Origin: Chloracidobacterium sp.
GTDB lineage: Bacteria; Acidobacteriota; Blastocatellia; Pyrinomonadales; Pyrinomonadaceae
DNA length: 64,000 nt
Direction of reading: 5' to 3'
Assembly (NCBI GenBank): GCA_031430895.1
Contig: JANPCJ010000349.1
Span: 95 to 64,094 of the forward strand
Positions 43,999 through 53,754 of the stretch are shown piece by piece. The notes beneath the pieces were generated by a model. That model searched no databases. It saw only the letters and a program-made list of their open reading frames with translations, and was not told the origin of the DNA. The position numbers and the translations under genes were made by a program. Every line of letters starts with the position of its first letter. Within the stretch, counting starts at the first letter, position 1.

Positions 43999-45204
43999 AT
44001 GGAATTCAAAATCAACCAGAGCACCTTGAAAGAAGAATTGGGATTTATCCAGGGCGTGGTCGAACGCAAAACGACTATCCCCGTTCTGTCGAACATCCTG
44101 ATCGAATCGCTTGGCGAGAACGAGATTCGCATCGTCGGCACCGACCTCGACTGCACAATCCGATGCGATGCCGAGGCCGAGATTATCAAGCCCGGTGCAA
44201 TCTGCATCCAGGCCCGCAAGCTGTTTGACATCGTCCGAGCCCTCGCACCCGGCGATGTCCATTTCAAAAAAGAGGACAACGAATGGGTCACCATGAAGTC
44301 GGCCCACGCCAATTTCCGCCTCGCGGGCGTGAGCCGTGACCAGTTCCCCGAGATACCGCAATTTAAGAGCGTTCCGATGAAGCTCGCGGCCGAGACATTC
44401 AGCTATTTTATCCGCAACACGGCCTTTGCGATCACAAACGAGCAGTCGCGCTTCACCCTTTCCGGCGCCAAATTCATTCTCGCCGAGGGTTCCGCGAAAA
44501 TGGTCACCACCGACGGCCACCGCCTCGCCTATGTCGAGCGTGCGATCGACGACAAAGAAGCGGTCATGGACACGCTCATCCCCAAAAAGGCCCTGCTGGA
44601 ACTCGTAAAACTCTCCCGCGGCGAAGGCGAAGTATCCTTCGGCGAAGACTTGAACCACATCTATTTCGAAACCGAGGGCCGTCTGCTAATAACGCGCAAG
44701 CTCAGTGGCCAATTTCCAAATTACGAGATGGTCATGCCCAAGGACAACGACAAATCCGTCGTCTTTGACCTCGAAGAAATGCGTAACGCCGTTCGCCGCA
44801 TGTCGCTCATCGCCGACGACCGCAACCGCTCGATCCGCCTCAACGTCTCCGAAGGCCAGATCGAGGTCACCGCCCAATCCGCCGAAGAAGGCGAAGGCCG
44901 CGAGATCGTCCAGGCCGACTACACCGGCGAGGAGATCCAACTCGGCTTCAACTGGCAATACCTCCTCGAATTCCTAACCAACGCCGCCACCGGCGATGTA
45001 GCCTTCGCCGGTGGCGAGTCGGCAGCCGCAGATGCAGCGGCAGGAGACGGTGCCACTGCCGCCGCCACTGCCACTGCCAAAGAGGGCAAAGCCCCGCTCC
45101 GCATCACCTTCGACTTCAAAGACGCTAACGCCCAAACCCAAATGTCTATCGCCGGCGAAACCACTTACGATTACAAATACATCGTCATGCCGCTGCGGAT
45201 ATGA
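43999..45204 (+). CDS. dnaN: DNA polymerase III beta sliding clamp DnaN, with an Ala-rich insertion near the C-terminus
   Basis: MEFKINQSTLKEELGFIQGVVERKTTIPVLSNILIE and TDGHRLA. It ends in VMPLRI. The protein is 401 aa. Confidence 0.95.
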   Translation: MEFKINQSTLKEELGFIQGVVERKTTIPVLSNILIESLGENEIRIVGTDLDCTIRCDAEAEIIKPGAICIQARKLFDIVRALAPGDVHFKKEDNEWVTMKSAHANFRLAGVSRDQFPEIPQFKSVPMKLAAETFSYFIRNTAFAITNEQSRFTLSGAKFILAEGSAKMVTTDGHRLAYVERAIDDKEAVMDTLIPKKALLELVKLSRGEGEVSFGEDLNHIYFETEGRLLITRKLSGQFPNYEMVMPKDNDKSVVFDLEEMRNAVRRMSLIADDRNRSIRLNVSEGQIEVTAQSAEEGEGREIVQADYTGEEIQLGFNWQYLLEFLTNAATGDVAFAGGESAAADAAAGDGATAAATATAKEGKAPLRITFDFKDANAQTQMSIAGETTYDYKYIVMPLRI

Positions 45205-45341
45205 AAGTAGGACAGACTGCCAAGCCTGTCCACCAATATCAGGAAGGAATTATATCCGTAACAATGAAATAAAGTGCGTAACGGGCGGACCTATTGAAGG
45301 AGACGTTTTTTAATTGCGACGTTTGTGAAATTCAGGGCTTT

Positions 45342-45408
45342 ATTCGTGCATTCGTGGCTAAAGCTTTTGCCACGAATGCACGAATTAAGAGTTTTTCAAA
45401 GAACCCTA
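45342..45408. repeat. Word hairpin (attcgtg words) plus a TAGGGTTCTTTGAAAAAC-type terminus
   Basis: attcgtgcattcgtggc (45342-45358) pairs with gccacgaatgcacgaat (45369-45385). It is followed by gtttttcaaagaacccta (45391-45408). Confidence 0.85.
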
Positions 45409-45447
45409 CCAATATTACGCACGGTATTTCTCCAAACTCATGAACTT

Positions 45448-45534
45448 TGGTACTGGGGACGGGAATCGAACCCGTACGACCCTAAGGTCACAGGATTTTA
45501 AGTCCTGGGCGTCTACCAATTCCGCCACCCCAGC
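45448..45534 (-). tRNA. tRNA-Leu (anticodon TAA)
   Basis: The reverse complement is gctggggtggcggaattggtagacgcccaggacttaaaatcctgtgaccttagggtcgtacgggttcgattcccgtccccagtacca. It folds as a cloverleaf with a long variable arm, anticodon loop CTTAAAA, T-loop TTCGATT and an encoded CCA. Pair G1-U72 is a wobble. Confidence 0.85.
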
Positions 45535-45549
45535 ACGAAGACAATTATA

Positions 45550-45616
45550 GAATGGAAAACGTAAAATGGAGAATGAAGAGAACTGATTTGTATTTTCCGT
45601 TCTCCATTCTCCATTC
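45550..45616. repeat. Word hairpin (aatggaaaac / aatggagaat words)
   Basis: gaatggaaaacgtaaaatggagaatg (45550-45575) pairs with attttccgttctccattctccattc (45592-45616). Confidence 0.75.
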
Positions 45617-45637
45617 TTTCGTGTATATTGAAGACCG

Positions 45638-46123
45638 ATGGATCAGATCATTTGGATTCTTTGGCTTGTGCTTGGCGTGGCGTTGATAATTGCCGAAATC
45701 TTTACGCTTGGGTTTGTGCTTTTGTGGTTTGGGATCGGGGCGATCGCGGCGGCATTTGTGGGGATGTTGGGCGGTGGGTTTTTGCTGCAGTTTCTTGTTT
45801 TTGCGATTGTGTCCGTGGCTCTAACGGCGATGTCGCGGACGATATTTGCCAACTATTTCTCGCACGGCGAAGGCCAGCGAATGAAATCGGGGGTCGATTC
45901 GCTACCTGGTAAGATAGGGATGGTAACAACAGGAAGCAAAGGGGCCTTACAGGAAGGTGCGGTTAAAGTTTTTGGCTCCACATGGACGGCGTTTCCGATG
46001 GACGGTGGGGACGCCCTTGTCGAGGGAGAAAAGGTTGAGGTTGTCGAGGTCAAGGGGTCGTCGATCTACGTTCAACAGGCCGGCCGACCGAAAACACTTC
46101 CCGACTGGCGCGAGGAACTTTGA
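45638..46123 (+). CDS. NfeD-family membrane protein
   Basis: Three N-terminal TMs are followed by a C-terminal OB-fold-like domain (GKIGMVTTGSKGALQEGAVKVFGSTWTAF...GEKVEVVEVKGSSIYV). Confidence 0.7.
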   Translation: MDQIIWILWLVLGVALIIAEIFTLGFVLLWFGIGAIAAAFVGMLGGGFLLQFLVFAIVSVALTAMSRTIFANYFSHGEGQRMKSGVDSLPGKIGMVTTGSKGALQEGAVKVFGSTWTAFPMDGGDALVEGEKVEVVEVKGSSIYVQQAGRPKTLPDWREEL

Positions 46124-46131
46124 TATTCGTC

Positions 46132-47094
46132 TCAATCGTCTTTATTCATTATCTCGGTAGTGTCTTCAAATCCCACATCCTGATCGGCGGTGTCGTGGAT
46201 GCCGCCGAGATCGATCATTTCCAGTTTTACGCCTTCGTCGTCGGGTTCGGGCAGGTCGTCGCCGATGAATTTTGTGACGACAACGGTGATGTTGTCTTCG
46301 CCGCCGTTTTGGTTGGCTAGCTTTACGAGATCGGCGCAGGAATTTTGGAGCTCTTCGAAATTATCGAGAATGATCTGCTGCATTTCGGCGGCGGAGACTT
46401 TGTTTGAGAGGCCGTCGCTGCAGATAAGGTAAACGTCGTCTTTGCATGGCTCCACGCGCGCGGAAACCGGGTATATTTCGTTCTGTGCCCCGAGCGCCTG
46501 GAGGATCACGTTTTTTAACGTGTGGGTCTCGGCTTCTTCCGCGGAAATTTGCTGGGCGTCGATCAATTGCTGGACGAGCGACTGGTCTTTTGTGACCTGA
46601 TAGATCTTGCGATTTCGAACGAGGTAGGCTCGGCTGTCGCCGACCTGGATGATATCGGCCGCTCCGGGCGTTACGCCGATACCGGTGAATGTTGCGCCCA
46701 TTCCCTGATACTGCGGATCGCTGCGGCCCTGCTGGTGGATGAGCGAATTTGCGAAAACGGTTGCGTCGTAAAGCCGGTTTATCAGGTGGTGGTCGTTTTC
46801 TTCGGGTGTCAGGGTATCGTGGGTGTCTTCGTTGAGCAGTTTTTCGCTTACGGTTTCGACCGCCATGGTGCTCGCTACCTCGCCGGCCAGGGCGCCGCCC
46901 ATGCCGTCCGACACGGCCATGACAACACCCGCGCCGTCAATCTCAAACCTGTGGCTCTCGATAACGAATTCACCGTCCTCCTGATCGCTCGTCCACGCCT
47001 TTGCGATCCCGACGTTTAACAGAAGGTAGTTATCCTCGTTGCCCTTTCGGACGCGTCCGATGTGCGAGGTGGCGTGTATCTCAACAGTGAACAT
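46132..47094 (-). CDS. PP2C-family Ser/Thr protein phosphatase
   Basis: RKGNEDNY, MAVSDGMGGALAGEVAS, LICSDGLS and GGEDNITVVV. Confidence 0.85.
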   Translation of the reverse strand: MFTVEIHATSHIGRVRKGNEDNYLLLNVGIAKAWTSDQEDGEFVIESHRFEIDGAGVVMAVSDGMGGALAGEVASTMAVETVSEKLLNEDTHDTLTPEENDHHLINRLYDATVFANSLIHQQGRSDPQYQGMGATFTGIGVTPGAADIIQVGDSRAYLVRNRKIYQVTKDQSLVQQLIDAQQISAEEAETHTLKNVILQALGAQNEIYPVSARVEPCKDDVYLICSDGLSNKVSAAEMQQIILDNFEELQNSCADLVKLANQNGGEDNITVVVTKFIGDDLPEPDDEGVKLEMIDLGGIHDTADQDVGFEDTTEIMNKDD

Positions 47095-47109
47095 ATTTTG
47101 ATTAGTTTA

Positions 47110-47194
47110 TAGTTCAAGGTTCCAAGTTCCAAGTTAAGATAAAATTAACACGAAACACCAAAACTCGGAACATTAAACTTGGAACCTTGAACTA
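47110..47194. repeat. Word hairpin (ttccaagt words) containing the stop codon of the PLP enzyme gene
   Basis: tagttcaaggttccaagtt (47110-47128) and aacttggaaccttgaacta (47176-47194) are perfect complements. The TAG stop at 47192-47194 lies in the right arm. Confidence 0.9.
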
Positions 47195-48325
47195 CCGAAG
47201 CGCTTGATCGAGATCTTCGAGAATATCCTCGACATCCTCGATGCCGACCGAGATTCGAACGAGGCCATCCGTGATGCCAAGTTTATCACGAGTTTCCTTT
47301 GGAACGGACGCGTGCGTCATAGTGGCCGGATGCGAGATCAAACTCTCGACGCCGCCGAGGCTCTCGCCAAGCGTACATAATTTTACTGACTCTAAAACCT
47401 TCTTCGCGTTTTCGAGCGATCCGGTTTCAAAAGAAACCATCCCGCCAAATCCGGTTTGCTGGCGTTTGGCCAGCTCGTGCTGCGGATGCGAGGCCAACCC
47501 CGGATAGTAGACCTTTTGTACACGAGGATGCTCGGCGAGAAAATTCGCGACGACACGACCGTTTTTATCATGGGCTTCCATGCGGACGGCAAGTGTTTTA
47601 GTGCCGCGCAGAACCAGAAATGAATCAAACGGCGAGAGTATTGCTCCGATGCCGTTCTGGACAAAACCGATCCATTCGGCGTCTTTCTCGTCGTTGAGCG
47701 CGACAAAGCCGCCGACGCTGTCCGAGTGGCCGTTGAGATATTTTGTCGTCGAATGAACCACAATATCCACGCCCAAATCAATCGGCCGTTGAAAATAGGG
47801 CGACATAAACGTGTTGTCGCAAATGACCTTTGCCCCGTTTGCATGGGCGAGATCGGAGACAGAGCGCAAATCGGTAACGGTCATCACCGGGTTTGTCGGG
47901 GTTTCGACAAATACCATTTTCGTATTCGGCTTAAACGCGTTTTCGAGACCCGCGACATCGGACGTATCCGCCAGGTCAAATTCGATTCCGTAATCTATCA
48001 GAATACGATTAAACAGCCTAAATGTGCCGCCGTAAGTGTTGTCGCCGAGAATTACGTGATCGCCTGATTTGACGAGCTTTAACGACGCGTCAATCGCCGA
48101 CATGCCGGATGCAAACGCAAATCCAAACCGGGCATTTTCCAGCGCGGCTATGTTCTTTTCCAGCGCCGACCGCGTCGGATTTTGCGTTCGGGCATACTCA
48201 TAACCTTTATGCCGCCCGAGGCCATCCTGGGCATACGTAGATGTTTGATAGATCGGTACGCTGACGGCGCCCGTGGCGGCATCAGGCTCATTGCCCGCGT
48301 GAATGGCAGTCGTTGAAAAACCCAT
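47192..48325 (-). CDS. Cys/Met-metabolism PLP-dependent enzyme (cystathionine gamma-synthase/lyase family)
   Basis: TTAIHAGNEPD, PIYQTSTY and VVHSTTKYLNGHSD (PLP lysine). The protein is 377 aa. Confidence 0.85.
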   Translation of the reverse strand: MGFSTTAIHAGNEPDAATGAVSVPIYQTSTYAQDGLGRHKGYEYARTQNPTRSALEKNIAALENARFGFAFASGMSAIDASLKLVKSGDHVILGDNTYGGTFRLFNRILIDYGIEFDLADTSDVAGLENAFKPNTKMVFVETPTNPVMTVTDLRSVSDLAHANGAKVICDNTFMSPYFQRPIDLGVDIVVHSTTKYLNGHSDSVGGFVALNDEKDAEWIGFVQNGIGAILSPFDSFLVLRGTKTLAVRMEAHDKNGRVVANFLAEHPRVQKVYYPGLASHPQHELAKRQQTGFGGMVSFETGSLENAKKVLESVKLCTLGESLGGVESLISHPATMTHASVPKETRDKLGITDGLVRISVGIEDVEDILEDLDQALR

Positions 48326-48521
48326 ATAGGATGTGAAAATACCTGATGAAAAGCATCATCAGTTTATAACTTTTGCCGAAAATGCGCTAACAAAACATCT
48401 CTTTTTCCCGTGCGAAGCGGCAAAACATGGTAACGGCCCCCGGGCGAGGTCGAGCTGGGGTGGCCGTCGCTCTCGGTTCTGACATTCTCGTTGATCCACG
48501 TATAATTGATCTCTTAACAGT

Positions 48522-50081
48522 ATGAAGGAGCGCTTTTTGCGTCACGAAACTATCATCATCCTCGATTTCGGCTCACAGTATACGCAGCTCATAGCGCGTC
48601 GGGTGCGTGAGCAGGGGGTTTATTGCGAGATACATCCGTTTCATCTTTCGGTCGATGAGATCGCGGCGAGACGGCCGATGGGCGTCATCCTGTCGGGCGG
48701 GCCGTCGAGCGTGTCGGATGAGGATGCACCACGTGTCGCGGCGGATTTTTATGAGAAAATTGGCGTTCCGATTCTGGGAATTTGTTATGGAATGCAGCTT
48801 ATCGCGGTTGATCTAGGCGGTGCAAGCGAGCCGGCCGCACGGCGCGAATATGGCCACGCAAAACTAAAGGTCCTGAGCGGCAAGACCGCTCTTTTTAACG
48901 AGCTGCCGTTTGAGCTGGATGTTTGGATGAGCCACGGCGACCATGTGACGCGTTTGCCCGATGGATTTACGACAACAGCGACGACCGGCGAAGTCGTGAC
49001 CGCTATTGAGAACCCGGAACGCGGTATTTACTGCGTCCAGTTTCATCCTGAGGTCTCGCACACGCCGTTGGGCAAGGCAATTCTAAGAAATTTCATATTT
49101 CAAATTTGTAATTGCAAAGGTGATTGGACACCTGCCCAGTTTATTAAAGAAGAAATTGAGAAGATTCGCGAGATAGTCGGGCCGACGAATAAGGTCGTCT
49201 GCGGGCTGTCCGGCGGCGTCGATTCGACCGTTGCCGCCGTGCTTGTTCACGAAGCGATCGCTGATCGTCAGACGTGTATATTTGTTAATAACGGTTTGCT
49301 GCGTCATCGCGAATTCGAAGATACGCTCGACGTTTATAAGAATAACCTTCGCCTAAATGTGCGCGGCGTCGATGCGTCCGCTGAGTTTTATGCGGCGCTA
49401 ATAGATGTCGTCGATCCCGAACAAAAACGCAAAGCTATCGGCGGCAAATTCATTGATGTTTTCGACGCCGAAGCCAGGAAGGTAGCGGGCACAAAATGGC
49501 TCGTTCAGGGTACACTTTATCCGGATGTGATTGAGTCCGTCTCGCTTCGCGGCTCGTCTGTCACGATCAAATCGCATCACAACGTCGGCGGACTACCTGA
49601 GAAAATGGATCTCAAATTGATCGAACCTCTGAGAGAATTATTCAAGGATGAAGTTCGCCTGATCGGCAAAGATCTCGGCATACCGGACGAGATTCTCCAG
49701 CGCCACCCATTTCCCGGTCCCGGCCTCGGCGTGCGGATTCTCGGTGATATTACTCCCGAAAAAGTCGAGCTGCTCCAAAAAGCCGACCTCATCTTTATCG
49801 AAGAGCTAAAAAACTTTGACCTCTACAAAGATGTCTGGCAAGCCTTCGCCGTCCTGCTGCCGATCCAATCGGTCGGCGTGATGGGCGATTTCCGCACATA
49901 CGAAAAAACGGTCGCTCTCCGTGCCGTTACATCAACCGACGGCATGACCGCCGATTGGGCCCGCCTGCCTCACGATTTTCTCGCCGCCGTTTCTTCGCGA
50001 ATTACGTCGGAGGTCCGCGGTGTAAATCGCGTCGTTTACGACATCTCGTCAAAACCGCCGAGCACGATCGAGTGGGAGTAG
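48522..50081 (+). CDS. guaA: Glutamine-hydrolysing GMP synthase GuaA
   Basis: ILDFGSQYTQLIARRVRE, GICYGMQ, the SGGVDS P-loop and the C-terminal PPSTIEWE. Confidence 0.95.
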   Translation: MKERFLRHETIIILDFGSQYTQLIARRVREQGVYCEIHPFHLSVDEIAARRPMGVILSGGPSSVSDEDAPRVAADFYEKIGVPILGICYGMQLIAVDLGGASEPAARREYGHAKLKVLSGKTALFNELPFELDVWMSHGDHVTRLPDGFTTTATTGEVVTAIENPERGIYCVQFHPEVSHTPLGKAILRNFIFQICNCKGDWTPAQFIKEEIEKIREIVGPTNKVVCGLSGGVDSTVAAVLVHEAIADRQTCIFVNNGLLRHREFEDTLDVYKNNLRLNVRGVDASAEFYAALIDVVDPEQKRKAIGGKFIDVFDAEARKVAGTKWLVQGTLYPDVIESVSLRGSSVTIKSHHNVGGLPEKMDLKLIEPLRELFKDEVRLIGKDLGIPDEILQRHPFPGPGLGVRILGDITPEKVELLQKADLIFIEELKNFDLYKDVWQAFAVLLPIQSVGVMGDFRTYEKTVALRAVTSTDGMTADWARLPHDFLAAVSSRITSEVRGVNRVVYDISSKPPSTIEWE

Positions 50082-50096
50082 TTTTCGAAACATACT

Positions 50097-50250
50097 TAGG
50101 GTTCTTTGAAAAACCTAAAGAAACGAAACTCTTGTTCCCTTGTCCCTTTATCCGTGCTTTCCGTGTGATCCGTGGTTGATTTGTCCCGGAACTAAGGGGC
50201 CGAGACTAGATCAACCACGGAATACACGGAAACACACAGAAATCTGAAAG
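50097..50250. repeat. Composite element related to 28370-28551 (left terminus + ttccgtg-word hairpin)
   Basis: The terminus is tagggttctttgaaaaacc (50097-50115). In the core, ctttccgtgtgatccgtggttgat pairs with atcaaccacggaatacacggaaac. A 20-bp tandem duplication ttcagacgcgcatcgcc follows at 50269 and 50289. Confidence 0.8.
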
Positions 50251-50505
50251 TAACCACGGCTCCTACTTTCAGACGCGCATCGCCGCCGTTCAGACGCGCA
50301 TCGCCTCCATTTGGGAGTTGGCCTTAGCCGCCTGGCAAACAGGACGGCCAGGAAATGGAAATGTCAAAGTCGGCCCCGCGCACATTAATCGCTTTGACCT
50401 TTCCGAGATGAGCGCCGCAACGCCGCAACAACTGAATATTCGCCAGGGTTGGTTAAAGCGATGAGATTTCTTGGAAATCGGGAACATTTGGTTCACAATG
50501 TTGTT

Positions 50506-50724
50506 ATGACCAACGAGCAGGCACTGATTGCCGAAATTCACAATCTGCCCCAAAGCAAACAGGCCGAGGCCGTTGACGCCGCAATGCGACTTATTAAGAG
50601 CCTTGCGAAGCAAGCAAGCGGGGAACCCGAAAGTCGATATCGAAAAGCGGGTAGTCATCCAGGCATGTTTACCATGGCTGCCGATTTTGACGACCCAATT
50701 GAGGGCTTTGAGGAGTACATATAA
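50506..50724 (+). CDS. Antitoxin (DUF2281-like) of the downstream VapC
   Basis: From ATG 50506: MTNEQALIAEIHNLPQSKQAEAVDAAMRLIKSLAK...DFDDPIEGFEEYI. The gap to the PIN gene is 2 nt. Confidence 0.55.
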   Translation: MTNEQALIAEIHNLPQSKQAEAVDAAMRLIKSLAKQASGEPESRYRKAGSHPGMFTMAADFDDPIEGFEEYI

Positions 50725-50726
50725 GA

Positions 50727-51122
50727 ATGCGTGTCCTGATTGATACGCATGTTTTTCTTTGGTTCATTGGTGAGCCAACGCGGCTTAGCACGGGCGCAAA
50801 CAGGATTATCGAGTTCGGCGCCTCGACGGTTTTGATCAGCATAGCAAGCATTTGGGAGATTTCGATCAAGTCGTCAACGGGTAAACTGGATGTCGCCGGA
50901 GGATTCTCGGCTGTAGAACGGGTTCTGCCGGAAAATAATATCGAAATCCTGCCAATTTCTTTTCTTCACGCACTAGCAAATCATCGCCTTCCGTTCCACC
51001 ACAAAGACCCGTTCGACCGAATGAACGCGGCACAGGCGATTGTTGAAGGTGTCGATCTAATAAGCGTTGATGATGCATTTGATTTGTATTTTGCAGACAC
51101 TGAGGTGAAACGGATTTGGTAG
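50727..51122 (+). CDS. vapC: PIN-domain toxin VapC
   Basis: MRVLIDTHVFLWF, ASIWEISIKSSTGKL and HKDPFDRMNAAQ. Confidence 0.8.
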   Translation: MRVLIDTHVFLWFIGEPTRLSTGANRIIEFGASTVLISIASIWEISIKSSTGKLDVAGGFSAVERVLPENNIEILPISFLHALANHRLPFHHKDPFDRMNAAQAIVEGVDLISVDDAFDLYFADTEVKRIW

Positions 51123-51874
51123 ACTCTTGTTCGATAGTCAAGTTTCACTCGGTCGGCTACACCATCGGCGGCGCGGCGATACTGAACGATTTGAATCTTG
51201 ATATCGAGAAAGGCGAGGTCCTGGTTTTGCTCGGCGAATCAGGTTGCGGGAAGACAACAACTTTAAAACTGATCAACCGTCTCATCGAGCCCACAACCGG
51301 CGAGATCGTGGTCGAAGGCACATCTGCGGTGGATTGGGAGCCGATTTTGCTCAGACGGCGGATCGGATATGTTTTGCAGGACGGTGGGCTGTTTCCGCAT
51401 TTTACCGTCAGCGAAAACGTGGCCCTGGTCCTTACGCTTGAAAATTGGGACGCGGAGCGAAAGAGGTCGCGGACCACCGAAATGCTCGATCTGGTCGGGC
51501 TTGATCCGGCAAAATTTGCTCCCCGGTTTCCGCATGAGCTTTCCGGCGGCCAGCGTCAGCGTGTGGGCGTGGCGCGGGCGTTGGCGTCTGACCCCGATCT
51601 GCTTCTGCTTGACGAGCCCTTCGGCGCTCTCGACGCCATCACGCGGACAAATTTGCAGAAAGAATTCGCCCGGCTCGTGCGTGAACTTGGCAAGACATCG
51701 GTCTTTGTCACGCACGATCTGCATGAGGCAATGTTGCTCGGCTCTCGAATCGCGCTGATGGACAAAGGTAAGATCGTGCTGCTGGCGACCCCAGACAATT
51801 TTGTGTCGTCGGAATTACCCCTCGCCCGCGCGTATCTCGAAACCATTCGGACGACGCTCCAGATTGGCGTATGA
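51116..51874 (+). CDS. ABC transporter ATP-binding protein (quaternary-amine/osmoprotectant type)
   Basis: LLGESGCGKTTT, LSGGQRQRVGVARAL and LLLDEPFGALD. It has a TTG start overlapping the vapC stop. Confidence 0.8.
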   Translation: MVDSCSIVKFHSVGYTIGGAAILNDLNLDIEKGEVLVLLGESGCGKTTTLKLINRLIEPTTGEIVVEGTSAVDWEPILLRRRIGYVLQDGGLFPHFTVSENVALVLTLENWDAERKRSRTTEMLDLVGLDPAKFAPRFPHELSGGQRQRVGVARALASDPDLLLLDEPFGALDAITRTNLQKEFARLVRELGKTSVFVTHDLHEAMLLGSRIALMDKGKIVLLATPDNFVSSELPLARAYLETIRTTLQIGV

Positions 51875-52014
51875 TGAAATCGTGCGGAATTTCAATTGCG
51901 GGCTATCGACGTCCGAGTCTTCCGAGTTATCTTATTTTCAGAATCGGCCACGGATTATACAGACCGCGCGGCCCCAGGCTAATGGCATTATTCCAACTAA
52001 GCGACAATATAGTC

Positions 52015-53628
52015 ATGACTAAAAAGAATCAAAACAGACGTGAGTTTCTAAAGACGGGGGCGGCCGGACTGGCCACGATTAGCTTGTTTCGGAATACACA
52101 TGCCGAAATAGGTGGGCTTCCGGATGTCGATCCATTTCCCGAACTGGTAGAGGCCACGATTCCGCAGCTTCAGGCAAAGTTGAAGTCGGGCCAGTTGACG
52201 GCAAGACGGCTCACGGAGATGTATCTCGAGAGGATAAAGGTGGTTGATACAAAAACGCGATCCGTATTGGAGATAAACCCCGATGCTCTTGAGATCGCCG
52301 ATCAACTCGACAAGGAGCGCAAAAAAGGCCGTTTCCGCTCGATGCTGCATGGCATCCCGATCCTGATAAAGGACAATATCGACACAGCTGACAAAATGCT
52401 GACGACCGCCGGCTCGCTCGCGCTGATCGATGCGCCGACCCCGAAGCAAGATGCGTTTGTAGTGCAGAGACTTCGTAACTCAGGTGCCGTGATCATTGGC
52501 AAAACAAACTTAAGCGAATGGGCCAATTTTCGCGGGGCACGGTCGATCAGCGGCTGGTCGGGACGCGGGCTGCAGACAAACAATCCATATTTTCTCGATC
52601 AAAACCCGTGCGGCTCTAGCTCCGGGTCGGGCGTCTCCGTCTCGGCAAATCTGGCTGCCGCCGCGGTCGGCACCGAGACAAACGGCTCGATCATCTGTCC
52701 CGCGTTGACAAACGGCGTCGTCGGCATCAAACCGACTCTCGGCTTAGTATCAAGAAGCGGCATTATTCCGATCGCACATACGCAGGACACCGCCGGGCCG
52801 ATGGCGAGAACGGTGACGGACGCCGCCATCTTACTCGGTGCTATGACGGGCGGTGACAAACAAGACCTGATAACGCTCGCTGCGGACAAGCGGGCCGCAA
52901 AAGATTATACGAAATTCCTCGACCCCAACGGACTCAAAGGCGCGCGCCTTGGTCTTGCGATGCAATTCACAACCCGACCCGAGCTGAAAGCCTATTTTCA
53001 GCCTTTCATTGACGCACTGCGGGCCGCCGGGGCAACGCTTATCGACGTCACATTTGCACCCGATTACGGCAAGATCGCGACGCAGAGAACCGATGTTCTG
53101 CTCTATGAATTCAAGACCGACCTGAACAAATACCTCGCCGCGCGCGGTTCAAAGTACAAGACCCTCGAAGACCTCATCAAATTCAACGAAGAGAACAAAG
53201 CAAAAGAACTGCCCCTGTTTGGACAGGAGCTTTTTGTCCAATCACAGGCAAAGGGCGATCTCAATGAAAAGGCATACACAGACGCGCTTGCGGCGGTGAG
53301 AAAGGCATGTCGCGAAGACGGTATCGACGCCGTAATAGCAAAGGACAATCTCGACGCAATCGTCGCGCCAACAAGCGGAGCAACGTGGTCAATCGCAGCC
53401 GTCGCCGGTTACCCGTATATCACGGTACCGCTTGGCATCCGCGAGAGCACGTCCCCGCCGGTCGCGGGAGCAACGGCGGGCGCAGCCACGGGTGTCGCCA
53501 CGGGTATGGCGTTCTTCGGAAAAGCTTTTTCCGACGCCCTTCTGATCAAATATGCGTATGCTTTCGAGCAGAAGACAAAAGGTCGTGTAACTCCGCAGTT
53601 TTTGCCGACCTATCCCGGAAAAAAGTGA
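52015..53628 (+). CDS. Tat-exported amidase (amidase-signature family)
   Basis: The start is set at ATG 52015: MTKKNQNRREFLKTGAAGLATISLF (twin-arginine signal). GIPILIKDNIDT and NPCGSSSGSGVSVSA form the AS signature. Confidence 0.8.
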   Translation: MTKKNQNRREFLKTGAAGLATISLFRNTHAEIGGLPDVDPFPELVEATIPQLQAKLKSGQLTARRLTEMYLERIKVVDTKTRSVLEINPDALEIADQLDKERKKGRFRSMLHGIPILIKDNIDTADKMLTTAGSLALIDAPTPKQDAFVVQRLRNSGAVIIGKTNLSEWANFRGARSISGWSGRGLQTNNPYFLDQNPCGSSSGSGVSVSANLAAAAVGTETNGSIICPALTNGVVGIKPTLGLVSRSGIIPIAHTQDTAGPMARTVTDAAILLGAMTGGDKQDLITLAADKRAAKDYTKFLDPNGLKGARLGLAMQFTTRPELKAYFQPFIDALRAAGATLIDVTFAPDYGKIATQRTDVLLYEFKTDLNKYLAARGSKYKTLEDLIKFNEENKAKELPLFGQELFVQSQAKGDLNEKAYTDALAAVRKACREDGIDAVIAKDNLDAIVAPTSGATWSIAAVAGYPYITVPLGIRESTSPPVAGATAGAATGVATGMAFFGKAFSDALLIKYAYAFEQKTKGRVTPQFLPTYPGKK

Positions 53629-53754
53629 GGCTTGATCCAGACCGACAGGGTTCTTTTCTCCGCGTCCTCCGAGTGTCTTAGTCCGCCACTGTGTTTAACT
53701 AATCAAATCGCGCGGGCCACCGAGTAACACACAGGGACGTAAGACATCTCTTCG

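Noticed and set aside
48326-48521. The GC-rich structured stretch (about 48420-48480) in the divergent metB-like/guaA promoter region, considered as a SAM or purine riboswitch.
   Set aside because: I could not find the SAM-I core (GAGGGA...GCAACC) or the guanine-riboswitch junction motifs on either strand. Only generic stems were seen (ACGGCC/GGCCGT, CCCC/GGGG, and CTGATGA/TCATCAG at 48344-48363). A covariance-model scan is needed before any call.
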